Source of the DNA: Gracilinanus agilis
Lineage: Eukaryota
NCBI RefSeq assembly: GCF_016433145.1
Contig: NC_058132.1
Location: forward strand, 90,757,766-90,821,765
Reading direction: 5' to 3'
DNA: 64,000 nucleotides
Part shown: piece by piece, positions 51,798-63,309 of the stretch
How the letters are laid out: every line of letters begins with the position of its first letter
Numbering within the stretch: the stretch's first letter is position 1
Translations under genes and position numbers: made by a program
The notes under the pieces: model-generated
Told to the model about the DNA's origin: nothing
Seen by the model: only the letters and a program-made list of their open reading frames with translations
Database searches by the model: none

Positions 51798-54574
51798 CTA
51801 ACAGCCCACTTTGTCATATAAAGATAAATGGAAGAACCTGAGGACATTTAGCCTAGAAAAGAGAATTAAGTGAAACATAATCATAATCTTCAAATATTTG
51901 AAGAGTTGTCATGGGGGGAAAGGAGCAAGCTTGTTCCACTTTTTCCTAAAGGACTTAACCAGAGGAATGTTAATGCTCAATGTAAAGGAGATTTTCCTAA
52001 TAATTAGAGGAAGGTGAAGACTCAAGGACATAATCTCTGAAATATTCTTCCTCCTTATTATTAGAATGTGACTGTAAAAGTCCACCAAAAAGCCCACTCC
52101 ATGGAAAAGGAGGATCTGACTGGTAGAATCCTTGGTGAAATTAGCAGGGGACCTGAAAACTTGAAAACAGGAAGAATCCCTAATTCAATTTTTCCAGAAA
52201 GTGAGCCCTATCAGGAGGAGAGAAGGAAAAGACAGCAGGTAAAATTATCTCTATTTTTTCTGAATAACTAGACATAACTACCCTTAGCTATTCTGAATAA
52301 TCAGAGAAAACTATCCCTAATTATTTGGGGTGGGTGCAGGGAGGGGAGGCTGTACCCTGTGAGGAGACAGAAAGGGTATATGTGGTTGTGTATTATTTCT
52401 TGATTCTGAATCTGAATCCATTGCGCTAAGTTGTGGTGTAGTGGGATCCTAGATCAACCTGCCTAAGGATTTGAGTACCTGGACTGGTTCCTTAGTCAAT
52501 ATATCAGGAAACCTAAGGTCCTGAACAGAAAAAACTTATTTTGTCAAATCCTTTAAAGATATGTTTCTTATACTCCCCACTCCAATTTTCTAACCTCAAT
52601 ATCTACCTGCTCCAGAGAAACTTCCAGGTCTTCCCATCTCTGAGAGGGCAGCCAGGCATCTTTGCTGCCTCATTTTCAGATGATATAGATTTATAACCTG
52701 GGTACCTCCCTATTCTAGAAACCCTAGGGAAGTAGAGTAGATAATCTGAGACACAAGGAGCACCAGGAATCTCTAGGGAGAACCTCATCCACTCCTCATA
52801 AATCACCCAATGGAATAACTATACATCACAGTTCACTAGACCAAGTTTTCAGAAGAAGTGACATAACGTTGTGGAAAAGTATTTGGCTGTGTGGACCAAG
52901 GAACTGCTTTTTTTTTATTTTGTCTCCACCACTAGTATCCATGTGAACTTGGAAGTTCAATTTCTTTGGGCCCCAGTTTCCTCCTCTGTAAAATGTAAAT
53001 AATATACTACCTACTTCTAAAAGTCAATTAGTATCATTTTATATACATTTTGAGAGCATATTGCCAGTTGACTCTAATACTCACAGTTCTAGTGAAAATA
53101 GCATTGTTTATGGTTTCGATAATAGACTTCACTAAAACACAAAACTCAAAACATAGGCTCATCTGTTTGCCTCTCACTAGGAGAACTCCTAATAGGAGTT
53201 CTAATAGAAAAGAGATTCCTTAAATGTAGGTGATAATTCGGGGACAGTATGCTATAGCTGAAAACACATGAACATTGAGCAAATGTATGGTGGGCTAGCC
53301 ATGTAGCCAGTGTTAAAGGTAAAAGGACAGTCTAAAAGTTTGCTGCAGTGCTGAATGGGAAATGCCTAAAGACTAAGGGGAAGGCCTTCAGCACCTTGGA
53401 CAGCACAGGTATGAGCATATAAACTATTAAGAAAGTATGGGTAGATCACAGCCTTTACTAGTGAAGGAAGCACTCAATTTAGATGAGATCACAAATCTAT
53501 TGAAATATCCAAGTGCTAAAAATTATAATGATATTATATCAATATCTTCAGATTTCACATCCAAAGTCTACCAGAACGACACACAGATAGATGATGAGGC
53601 AACATAATGTAATTGAAAAAGCTGTGGGAACTTTGAGTCAGAACTGGATTCAAGACCTAGATCTGCCACTTACTTGCTGTGAAATGATAGAAGAATCACA
53701 ACTCTCTCAGGAAGGACTTTGTTTTACATATTTTAAATTTTTGGTTTATTTTTAAAACAAAAAGATATTCAGAAGGGGCCACAATCAGGGCAGTATTAGA
53801 ATTGGTATATGGAATTTGAAACATAATTCTTTCACACTAGCTTATTCCCCCCACACACAAAAAAAAACCTAAAGTGCATGGAGTTAGGAAAAAATAAAAT
53901 GGATGTAACATAAATTCATCTTCATATGCAAAAAAGTTATTTTTTCATTAACAAAAATCTCTCAAATTTTCTTTCTCTTACACCTCCTCCCCAATTGGAA
54001 AAAAGAAAAAGAAAAAGAAAACCCTTATAGCCGATATGCATAGTTAAACAAAACAAATTCCCAAACTAGTTATGCCCCAAAAACATGTCTCAGTGTATTT
54101 CCTGAGTCTATTATCTCTTTGACAGACGTAGGTAGCATATTTCATTATAAGTTTTCTGGGAAAACAGTTGGATGTTGTGTTGATCAGAGAGTCTTTTGAA
54201 GTTGTTTGAGAATCTCCTGACTTCATTCAAGATTCAACTCAAAGACCATCTTCTGCAAAAAGTGTTTTCTGAGAATTCAAGATCCTAACACCCTTCCCCT
54301 GAAAGATATCTTCCATCTAATATTTATGTACTTATATGCATGCTATGTGTTGCATTAAAATGTAAACCCCTTTCAGACAGGGATTGTTTTTTCTTTTTCT
54401 TTGAATCTCTGAGATTTAACATGGTACCTGACACATAGTAAACACTTAATAAGTGATTATTGATTGATTGATTAAAGGATTTAGATCAAATCCTAGAAGA
54501 ATTTTGAATAAATTCTGGGGTCAAAGGGATAATTTTTGAGAATTTAAAAAAGAAAAATAGAGGTCAACAGGAGC

Positions 54575-54715
54575 TACTATGGCTTCGTTAAAAATAAATT
54601 ATGCCAGACTAACTTCATTTCCTTATTTGATATGGTTTGCAAGATGATACATTAATAATGTTATAACTATAAGAGTAGTCTAGCTAGATTTGAGCAAATT
54701 TGATAGGCACTTTTG
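54575..54715 (+). mobile_element. CR1/L3 reverse-transcriptase fragment
   Basis: Decayed HGF.KNK.CQTNLISFFD....LD.SK.FD motif. Confidence 0.6.
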
Positions 54716-55916
54716 CTAGTATTGCAGACAAGACAGAGAAATAGGAGCTAGGGCGATAGTTTCCCAACGGTGTACCACAGATCCCTGTGAGGAGTTTTTT
54801 TTTTATTGAAGTCTCTGAATCCATAAAGATTTATTATTGAATTAAGTTAGGTATTATTAAAGATTTTCTTAAAGAAAAGAAACTAATAATACAGTTCTCT
54901 AAAAGGATAAATTACAGAGGATTTGTAGGTTCCTTGATCTGAAATCCTAGGTTCTAACACATGGGGAAATGCACTAATAAAAATATTATCGATGCGAGGT
55001 ATATTTTTAAAGCTACACACATATGAAGAGATAATTGTGTTATTATTAAGATTACTACTGTGCTATAGAAAAAGTGGGGGGAAAATAAAAGGTCACCAGG
55101 AATTATCTTGAGAGGCCCCTGGGAGGAGTAATGAGACCTTCTAAAGGTCTATCCATTAAACACAGAGTAAGAATCAGGGCAGAAGCTGATGGAGATATTC
55201 TCAGCATGAACTACAGACTAGATTGAGTCAACTGATCAGTTAACCTGAGAGGAAGCAGCAATAATTTTGAACTTCCTTTTTTCCTCTCCAGGGAGAAGTT
55301 AAATGTTCATTTGTACTAACATTACTCTCTCTATTACTTCCATTTGACTCTTCTAGGCTGTTATGGAAGCTTTTCTCTTTTTCCAAACCTTTACCTCCTT
55401 TTTTTAGTTGTTAAACTGTGATAAATTTGCTGGAAAACAAATAAGACAGACTTTAATATATAATGCACAGATAATGAATGATAAAGGGAATAGGAGTAAT
55501 TCCTTCTTTTAGAGACAAATAACATAGCAGCCCAAGGAGATTGGGCTGGGGAATGAAGCCTCAAGGGATAAGGGAGGAAGGGAATGTTATTGATCACAGG
55601 TATCACAAAAGTACCCAGTGCTCCTAGGCCAATTTTTATTTTCACTAAATTTTTTTTAAAAAGATAGAGCCAGAAGGATCATATGTTAGGCAAAAGTCAC
55701 TGCATATGTAACTTGAGGGGCCTGATTCAACAGACTTTTCTGATCTTTCTCTTTATTTTTTAATTTTGAAATTAGCCAACAGGAAATAAGATGAATATAT
55801 TACATGCAAACGATAGAAAAAGGAAATTATAAATGAAACCAAACTGTGAATCTTCATTATGCAAAGCTTGCTTTTCTTTTAAAGTACATAATAAATTCAA
55901 TATATTTGAAAAGTTA

Positions 55917-56102
55917 GGGGCAGCTGGGTAGCTCAGTGGAGTGAGAGTCAGGCCTAGAGACAGGAGGTCCTAGGTTCAAACCCAGCCTCAGCTACTTCCC
56001 AGCTGTGTGACCCTGGGCAAGTCACTTGACCCCCATTGCCCACCCTTACCAATCTTCCACCTATGAGACAATACACTGAAGTGCAGGGGATTAAAAAAAA
56101 AA
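55917..56102 (+). mobile_element. Young SINE
   Basis: Full copy with A tail and TSD aaaagttag. Confidence 0.9.
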
Positions 56103-57704
56103 GTTAGTTATCCTGCCTGTCTATTACAGACATATGCTCTTCTCTTCTATATAGATTTAAATGTGTAGTGACTCTTTTTTCTTACTTTTTCCCTTATTTT
56201 CATTTTCATAACACTATTTTCCCTTGCCTTCACCTCTCCTACTCAAAAAAATCAAAAGAAAGAAAGAGAAAATGCTTATATCAGATATATCTATTCAAAA
56301 ACTAAAATCCCTATGTTGTTCCTTTTCAGAAATGTATCATTCTGGGCCTTCAGATCATCATTTTTCTGCCTACTTGAACTTTCAAAAAGCACAGGTGAAA
56401 GAAGGAAGTGAGGATACCATGCAAGCTAGGTAGAGGGCATCAATCACCCTATTACCATAATGATGCTACTGTAACAAACTAACTATTTTCCCATTTCTGA
56501 ACTCACTGGTTCTGAATTTACCTCTAGTGATTAGAAAAGTATTTCCAAATATGAATTAGATCTCAAAGAGAATACAGAGAGTAGTTGTTGAGTTGGTTTC
56601 CCCATAATGAGGAAGGAGCATAATGAACCATCCACTCTGTCACAGGTAGGATTAAGAGATTCTCATAACTCTAGACAGATAAATTTGAATCCAATAACCT
56701 TAGCTTCATTAGGAGTGGTAAATACTGATTTTTCTAGATAAAGTTCAAATTCTGTATATTATTAAATTTATTTTACTTTCAAGGTCTAGAGTTCTCTAGC
56801 TCCATGATTCTTCCAAAGGGAAGAATTAGGAGACTGGGAAAGTTTGAACATGAAATGTTCAACATTTGAGAAAATTTCCTAGTGACTTACACTGTCTAAA
56901 AGTGGAATGCACTACCAAGCAAAGTAGAGAGGGGTTCTCATCAATGGAGCTCTTCAAAAATAGGATGACTGATGACTTATCAGAATTCAGGTATAGAGAA
57001 ATTTTTTGTACTTAGAATTAGTACTAAAGAACCACTGAGATTCCCTCCAACTCCTAAAATCAAAAAATCGGTACTAATTCTATGATACTAAAGGCAATCT
57101 TTTTCATCCTCTCATTGAAATATGAAACTCCTCTTCAATACCCATGAAAAGTGGTCACACTCTCTATTTCACTATCTCCAATGAAGAAATACAAAGTTGG
57201 TCAATTAAATTCACTCCTAAACAAAAAACATAATTCTCGATAATTTGTTCCATTAATCAGTATACAAATGACTTCCCAAAATGTTAAACTGTATTTTCCA
57301 AGAAGATGGATATCCCTACAAAAGAAGGATCATAGTTTCCTCTATGTCTAGAAGGCTTTTTCCTTAGTCTGATCATAATTGTGGTTGTATTTCCTAGTGG
57401 ATATGGAGCTGATATTGAAGTCAGGAAGTCTTCTTAAAGTTTCCTGACACATACCAGCTATGACAAGTTATGTAAACTCACTAATTTGGGAAACCCTCTA
57501 ATACTACAATTTGCAGAGGAGATACAAACCTGTATCAGTAAAGGAAGTTTCCTTATCTGAGAGGTCCTTAAACAAACAAAATTACAGTTCTATTCTCCAC
57601 CCCTATCCTGGTCTTATAGTACCTAGTAATTAAGCCCTCACACATGACTTCTATCATTTGAACCTTGACACAATGCACCAGCAATTCCCCGGCACACCTA
57701 ACAT

Positions 57705-58290
57705 TCACCACAGGATCTTCTTAATCCTCAGGCAACAAATGATGAGGTTCTATGTGGGTGGAATAAGCAAATAAAAATTAGCAAGTAACACTTCCAGCTC
57801 AGAGGAGGGAGTCATGATTAGAATAGCTCTAACCATGATAGCGATGCCTATTTCCAATATGATCTTGTGTATAAGTATGGTTTCGTAGTACAGGGGTTTG
57901 CAGATAGCCACATAGTCATCAAAGGCCATGGCTAGCATCACTCTTGTGTCAGTAGTAACAGTTCCATAGACAACATACATCTGGGCAAAGCAGGAAGTAA
58001 ATGTGATGACACCATCACCTTACCAGAAGATGCTCAATATCTTGGGAGCTACTAAGTAGGTAGCCATGATGATGTCACAGCTGCCAGAGTGCACAGGAAG
58101 AGGTATATGGACTCATGTAGAGTACGGTCCACCCAGATCACAGTCAGAATCAAAATGTTCCCTACAATAGCCACATCATACATGAAGCTCAGTGGAGCTG
58201 CCAGCATGGGATGTGCCCCCTTCATTCCTAAAATACCCAAAAGGATGAATGAATTATCTCATATCTGGTTGTAAGGTGATGCCAATCTGA
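57705..58290 (-). pseudogene. OR52I-like pseudogene
   Basis: Minus-strand translation gives LASPYNQI*..SFILLGI, GNILILTVIWVD..LHESIY, PKILSIFW*, QMYVV, MAFDDYVAICKPL and LLANFYLLIPPT*. Start codon lost, frameshift near 58080, TAA at 58020-58022, and a ~330 bp deletion (junction ~57793) removing most of TM4-TM6. Confidence 0.9.
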
Positions 58291-58357
58291 CAAAGGAGAG
58301 TTCTATCCAAAGATAGAACCACAAAGCTCACGAGAGGACAGAGAACTCAGCTTAGGG

Positions 58358-58565
58358 CCTTGATGGCAAACCTATGACACATATGTCAGCATTGACACAT
58401 GTAGCCATTTTCGATGACACAGGGCTGCATGTGGCAGCATACAGAGAAATATGAGGCCGCATGCAGACTTATGCTATTTTTTTCTCAAAGTGACACACCA
58501 CCCAAGGTATGCTCGGTTTTTTGGTGAATTTTGACACACCAAGCTCAAAAGGTTGCCCATCACTG
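58358..58565 (+). mobile_element. OposCharlie/OC1-like hAT MITE (208 bp)
   Basis: Ends (cct)tgatggcaaacct...aggttgcccatcactg, TSD gcttaggg / ccttaggg, and internal tgacac repeats like bat/opossum nhAT elements. Confidence 0.8.
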
Positions 58566-58810
58566 CCTTAGGGTATCTTTCCCCAATGCCATCTCCTACT
58601 TATAAGCTTAATTATTATTTGGCTCTTAATTTCTCTGCCAATTAGAAAATCCTTTGTCTTGAGAAGGTTAGAACAAAAAATGGCTAATTTTTAGTAGATA
58701 GGAAAGAAAAGTAAAAGATCAAGGGCAGTTGGATACTATTTGCTGATTTCAAGTCCCTAAGAGAGAACTAAACAACATCCTCAGGTACAGAAAAAATTGA
58801 TGGACATGCC

Positions 58811-59006
58811 TTTTTTTTTTAAACCCTTACCTTCCATCTTGGAGTCAATACTGTATATTGGCTCCAAGGCAGAAGAGTGGTAAGGGCTAGGCAATGGGGG
58901 CTTGCCCAGGGTCACACAGATAGGAAATGTCTGAGGCCAGATTTGAACCTAGGACCTCCTGTCTCTAGGTCTGGCTCTCAATCCACTGAGCCACCCCGCT
59001 GTCCCC
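58811..59006 (-). mobile_element. SINE1-type SINE
   Basis: Reverse copy with TSD tggacatg(c/a)ctttt. Confidence 0.88.
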
Positions 59007-59069
59007 TGGACATGACTTTTATGACACTATGAGTGATTTGGAAGGATTGAAGAGCACAGGATAAGTGTT

Positions 59070-59180
59070 GTAGGAGTGAAGAAGGGCCAATGTGGTCTTA
59101 AGTTTCAAGAAAGGAATGAGAATGAAATCTGAAAATTATCAACCTGTGAACTTGACTTCAATTTCTGGAAAAATTCTGGC
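59070..59180 (+). mobile_element. CR1/L3 fragment
   Basis: Decayed RANV...FKKG...NY.PVNLTSI.GKIL motif. Confidence 0.6.
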
Positions 59181-59292
59181 TTGCATTGGGTGAAGAACTC
59201 AGAGTGAAGGTCGGTGAATAGCTAGAATACAACCATTCTCAAAGAGTGATCTGTAGACCTTTAGACTTTCCTGAGACCCTAGAAAAAATACT

Positions 59293-59960
59293 CTAACCCA
59301 CTACTGATTAGAGAAATGCAGATGAAAACAATTTTGAGACATCGTCTCACACCCATCAGATCAGTTAAAATGACAAATATTGGAAAGGATATGGGAAAAT
59401 GGGGACACTAATACACTGTTGGTAGAACTGTGAACTAATCCAACCATTTTGGAAAGCAATATGGAATTATACCCAAAGAGTATAATACTTTATTCCCTCG
59501 GACCCAGGAGTACTGTTGCTGGGTCTGTTTCTAAAGAAGATCAGGAAAAAGGAAAGGAATCTTTATGTTCCAAAGTATTTATAGCAGCTTTCTTTGTGGT
59601 GGCAAAGAACTGGAAATCGAGGGGATTCTCATTTGTTAGGGAATAGCTAAACAAATTGTAGTATATGGCTTTGATGGAATAATACTGATGGAAAGAACTA
59701 CATAGGATAATGAATGGCAAAATGAGTAGAACGAAGGCATCATACATAGCCATAGTTGTAAAGTTTCAAGAATAAATAGTGAATTTTACCTCTAAAAAAT
59801 GAACTGAACAAAAGGAAACATGAAAGACATAATTTGTATTAGCATGTCTGTCACCCAGACGATATCTTCTATGCTGTGGGGAGAGAAGGAAGGAGTTGAG
59901 AAACTTGTAAATAAATTCTATAAAATCTATTAAAATAAAATAAATGTTTAAAAATTTTAA
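59293..59960 (+). mobile_element. L1 3' fragment
   Basis: ctactgattagagaaatgcagatgaaaacaattttgaga..., cactgttggtagaactgtgaactaatccaaccattttggaaagcaat and an A-rich end. Confidence 0.75.
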
Positions 59961-60095
59961 GAAGCTAACTTCTTATTCTCATTCAGACTTCTCATTTCCT
60001 CACTTTTGGCCCATAGAATGGGGAAAACAAAAAGTTAGTGGAAGGCACCCCCTAGTTACTCATTGGCTCAAAGTTCCAGGAGGCATGGCCTAGAT

Positions 60096-60470
60096 CAGTG
60101 ATTGCGAACCTATAGCATGAGTGCCAGAGGTGGCCCGAAGAGCACTTTCTTTGGGCATGCAGTCACCCCCCCCCCCCAGAGTTCATTACTAGAAAGGCAG
60201 AGGGCCTCAGCTGACCTACTCCCTTCCCCCTCTCTACCATACCTGATGACATGTTTTCAGATCCCCAGCTCTACACCTAGCAGCCCAATGGGAGCACACT
60301 GAGGATAAGGCAAGCACACAGAACTGAAGGAGAGCAGAGTGCCCAGGCCACTCTCCTCCCCCTCTCTACACAAGCTGAGGACAGTCGTCACTTCATTCAT
60401 CACTCTGCCCAGCAGCCCAATGGGAGCGTGGGGTAAAGGGGGCCAGGGCACACCCTGCATTCAGTAGGGG
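60096..60470 (+). mobile_element. OC1-like hAT left-end fragment, truncated
   Basis: cagtgattgcgaacctatagcatgagtgccagaggtgg..., repeated agcagcccaatgggagc, preceded by gcctagat. Confidence 0.7.
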
Positions 60471-60599
60471 GAGGGATCATCCTTTTGTATTCATTGAGTT
60501 ACCTGCCTTTGTTTCCAGTTTCAGGAAAACCCTTGTAATGTGAAAGGGCTACAGCAGTCATTTATTGGACATAGGACTGGCTCTCAGTGAAAATGACAA

Positions 60600-60708
60600 C
60601 TCTACTTAAATATTTGCCTATTTAATGCCATAGCAATCGAACTACCCAAAAATTATTTCATAGAACTAGAAAAAAGTAGCAAAGTTCATTTGGAAGAACA
60701 AAAGAATC
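60600..60708 (+). mobile_element. Short L1 ORF2 fragment abutting the CpG island
   Basis: ctatttaatgccatagcaatcgaactacccaaaaattatttcatagaactagaaaaa...ttcatttggaagaacaaaaga (LFNAI.I.LPKNYFIELEK..FIWKNK). Confidence 0.7.
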
Positions 60709-61450
60709 CTCGCCTCTCGCCCTAGGCAGGCACTGCTCCACCCCCACCACCCCACTCCACGGCCCGCGGTCTCCGTGAGAACTGAAAGGCCGGCAGGTTT
60801 CTCCGGGTCCTGGATCATTGGCTCCGAGTTTCAGAGGGCGTGGCCTGGACCCTTATACCTGGTGCTGCCGGCCCCTAGAGCTGGCCGCTTCACTTTCCCC
60901 TTCTCTTTCCTCTAGTATCACTTAGTCCCTGGCCTGGTCCCAATCTAAAAGAGAGTCGGAAAGAGCCTGGAGCTTGGGCTGGGGGAAGGGAGTACGGAAG
61001 GATAAGGCAGGTGGTGAAAAAAGGTGATTTTTGAAGACAAAGACACCGGGAGAACAGCTAGCCTCAAGGACTCTTCCTGTCACAGAAGAGGAAAATGAAG
61101 TCCGGGAGATTCTGGTGGCGTGGCTCAGGTTCCTTAGGAGGGAAATGTCAGAGCCCAGAGGAGAGCCGAACCAGAGCCTGGGGAAGAGCTTCTTCTCCGC
61201 AAGAGCGTCAGCTGCAGGCTTGTTCGACGCTGGAGGAACTGAAGAAATTTAAGATTTATCTGCAGAACCATACCCCTGGGCCGGGCATCCTCCGGGGCCG
61301 CTTGGATGGTGCTGATCTCACAGAAATGCGGAACTCCTGGTCCGTTTTCATGGAGGCCTGGGAGCTGCCTTTGAACATCTGTAAGACGAGTCTGAGGGAG
61401 CTAAACGAGCGAGCGGAGCTGAAGGATTGCAAGGTAAAGGCTCTCTCTTG
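60709..61450 (+). promoter_or_regulatory. CpG-island-like promoter/first-exon region
   Basis: Sharp rise in GC and CpG relative to the flanks. Reverse CCAAT (ATTGG 60817-60821), GC box GGGCGTGGC (60836-60844), ttata at ~60853 and IRF-like TTCACTTTC (60889-60897). Confidence 0.6.
61095..61433 (+). pseudogene. Decayed pyrin (PYD) domain exon, NLRP3/NLRP12-like; net reading frame still open from ATG 61095
   Basis: Translation across frames gives SVSCRLVR / LEEL..KKFKIYL...GILRGRLDGADLTEM / AELLVRFHG / AWELPLNICKTSLRELNERAE, the six-helix PYD pattern. It has several small deletions and a donor-like AAG|gtaaag at 61433/61434. Confidence 0.7.
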
Positions 61451-61790
61451 GTATTCCCTCTCCTACTTCCACGCTTCCAACGGCCTGACCCCTTCCCTAT
61501 CTTCTTCCTTTTCTCTCTTCCTCCCTTCATCATTTGACAATGATTTCTCCAGTGACGGGAGATGATGAAAACGCAATGAATATTATTTGGAGGAATTTGA
61601 AGCGTAAAGTGCTGGGGAATCACCCAGAAGAGTGGGAGGAGCATCGACCAAGAGAAGTGATTTCATGGTAAATGGGGAAGAAAGACCGGGGACCCGGACA
61701 GACTACGTGACTAAGAATGAGCGAAAATTTCAACCAAGGAGCAATACTATCCTCCCCAAACACCAAAATTGACATATTTAAGAGTGAGGG

Positions 61791-61980
61791 GCAAAAGAGT
61801 GCCTAAGTGCCTCAGAGGGTAGAGAGCCACACCTGGTGATGGGGAAGGTGCCGGTTCAAATGTAACCTTAGACACTTAAGCCCATTTACCTAGCCCTTAC
61901 CATACCACTCTTCTGCCTTGGAAAAGATACTTGATACGGATTCTAAAACAGAGGGTAAAACTTAAAAAAAAAAAAAAAAA
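61791..61980 (+). mobile_element. SINE with internal deletion and A tail
   Basis: TSD agagtgaggg on both sides and a long A run ending at 61980. Confidence 0.75.
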
Positions 61981-62816
61981 GAGTGAGGGACAATAGAAAT
62001 AAAAGGGATGGAATGAGGGGTAACAAGATTTACAGGACAATAATAGACATCAGAAGGAAGAAACATTTTTCCATCTACTCTTTTTTTCCTTATTCAAATA
62101 TATTTTATTTTCCCAATTATGGGTAATGACAATTTTCAACATACGTTTTTCCGAAATTATAAGATACAAATTGCCTCCCTCCTTCCCTTCCTCCATCCTC
62201 CTTCCCTTCCTCCATCCCCCTTCCCAGAGATGGTAAGCAATTTGTTTTGTGGTTTTTTTAAGAATATTTTTCCATGGTTACATGATTCATGTTCTTTCCC
62301 TCCCCTCAAACACCCCCCCCCCCAGCCAGAGCAATTCCACTGGGTTTTACATGTATCTTTGATCAAGATCTATTTCCATATTATTGATAGTTGCACTGGG
62401 GTGGTTGTTTAGAGTCTACATCCCAAATCATATCCCCATCAACCCATGTGTTCAAACAGTTGTTTTTCTTCTGTGTTTCTACTCCCACCGTTCTTACTCT
62501 GAATGTGGATAGCGCTCTTTCTCATAAGATCCTAAGAATTGTTCTGAATCATTGCATTGCTGCTAGTAGAAAAGTCCATTAAGTTGGATTGTAGATGGTA
62601 AGCAATTTAATCTGAGTTAAACATGTATTATCATGCAAACCATACTTCCATAGTGGTCATTGTTGTAAGAGAATACATTCATAAAACCAAAACCCCAAAA
62701 TAAAAACATAAACTATTGTGAAAAAATTCTTGCTTTGTTCTGCATCTTGACTCCAACAGTTCTTTCTCTGGAGGTGGAGAGCATTCTGACATAAATCCTT
62801 CAGAATTCTCCTAGAC

Positions 62817-63032
62817 CAGCTTTGGAGAACTATTGGCACACATGAGGAGAGGGGGAAATGCTCCAGTCCCCCTCTTCCCAGCTGAGAACATTTTTTGCAT
62901 GTCCCACCCCTCTGTCCAACCACCCAAAGTGAGCACTTCCTCCCCTCCCCTCTTTGGGGGTAATGGAAGGGGCTCACTGGCAATTTGAAATTGCAGTTTG
63001 GACAGGTGAACTCAAAAAGTTCCCCCCCACTT
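62817..63032 (+). mobile_element. Degraded OC1-like hAT MITE inside L1
   Basis: Decayed termini (cagctttggagaactattggcac...aaaagttcccccccact) after cctagac; internal similarity to the 60096 and 42370 copies. Confidence 0.5.
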
Positions 63033-63309
63033 TTATATTTCTGAGAGTAGCTAAGTCTTTCATAGTTGATTGACATACAGTATTGTTGTTACTCAGTACA
63101 ATATTCTTCCAATTCTGCTTATTTCACCTTGTATCAGTTCATATAGATCTTTTCAACTTTTTCTAAAATCATTCTGTATTCCATCACCAACTTAAACCAC
63201 AATTTATTCAGCCATTCCCTAACTGAAGGACATCACCTCAATTTCCAATTCTTTGCCACCACAAAAAGACCTACCATGAATATTTTTGTACAAGGAGGTC
63301 TCCTCCCCC

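Noticed and set aside
61031-61252. 73-aa ORF with VREILVAWL resembling a second PYD helix 1
   Set aside because: TTG start and only a short fortuitous resemblance; the rest does not follow the PYD pattern.
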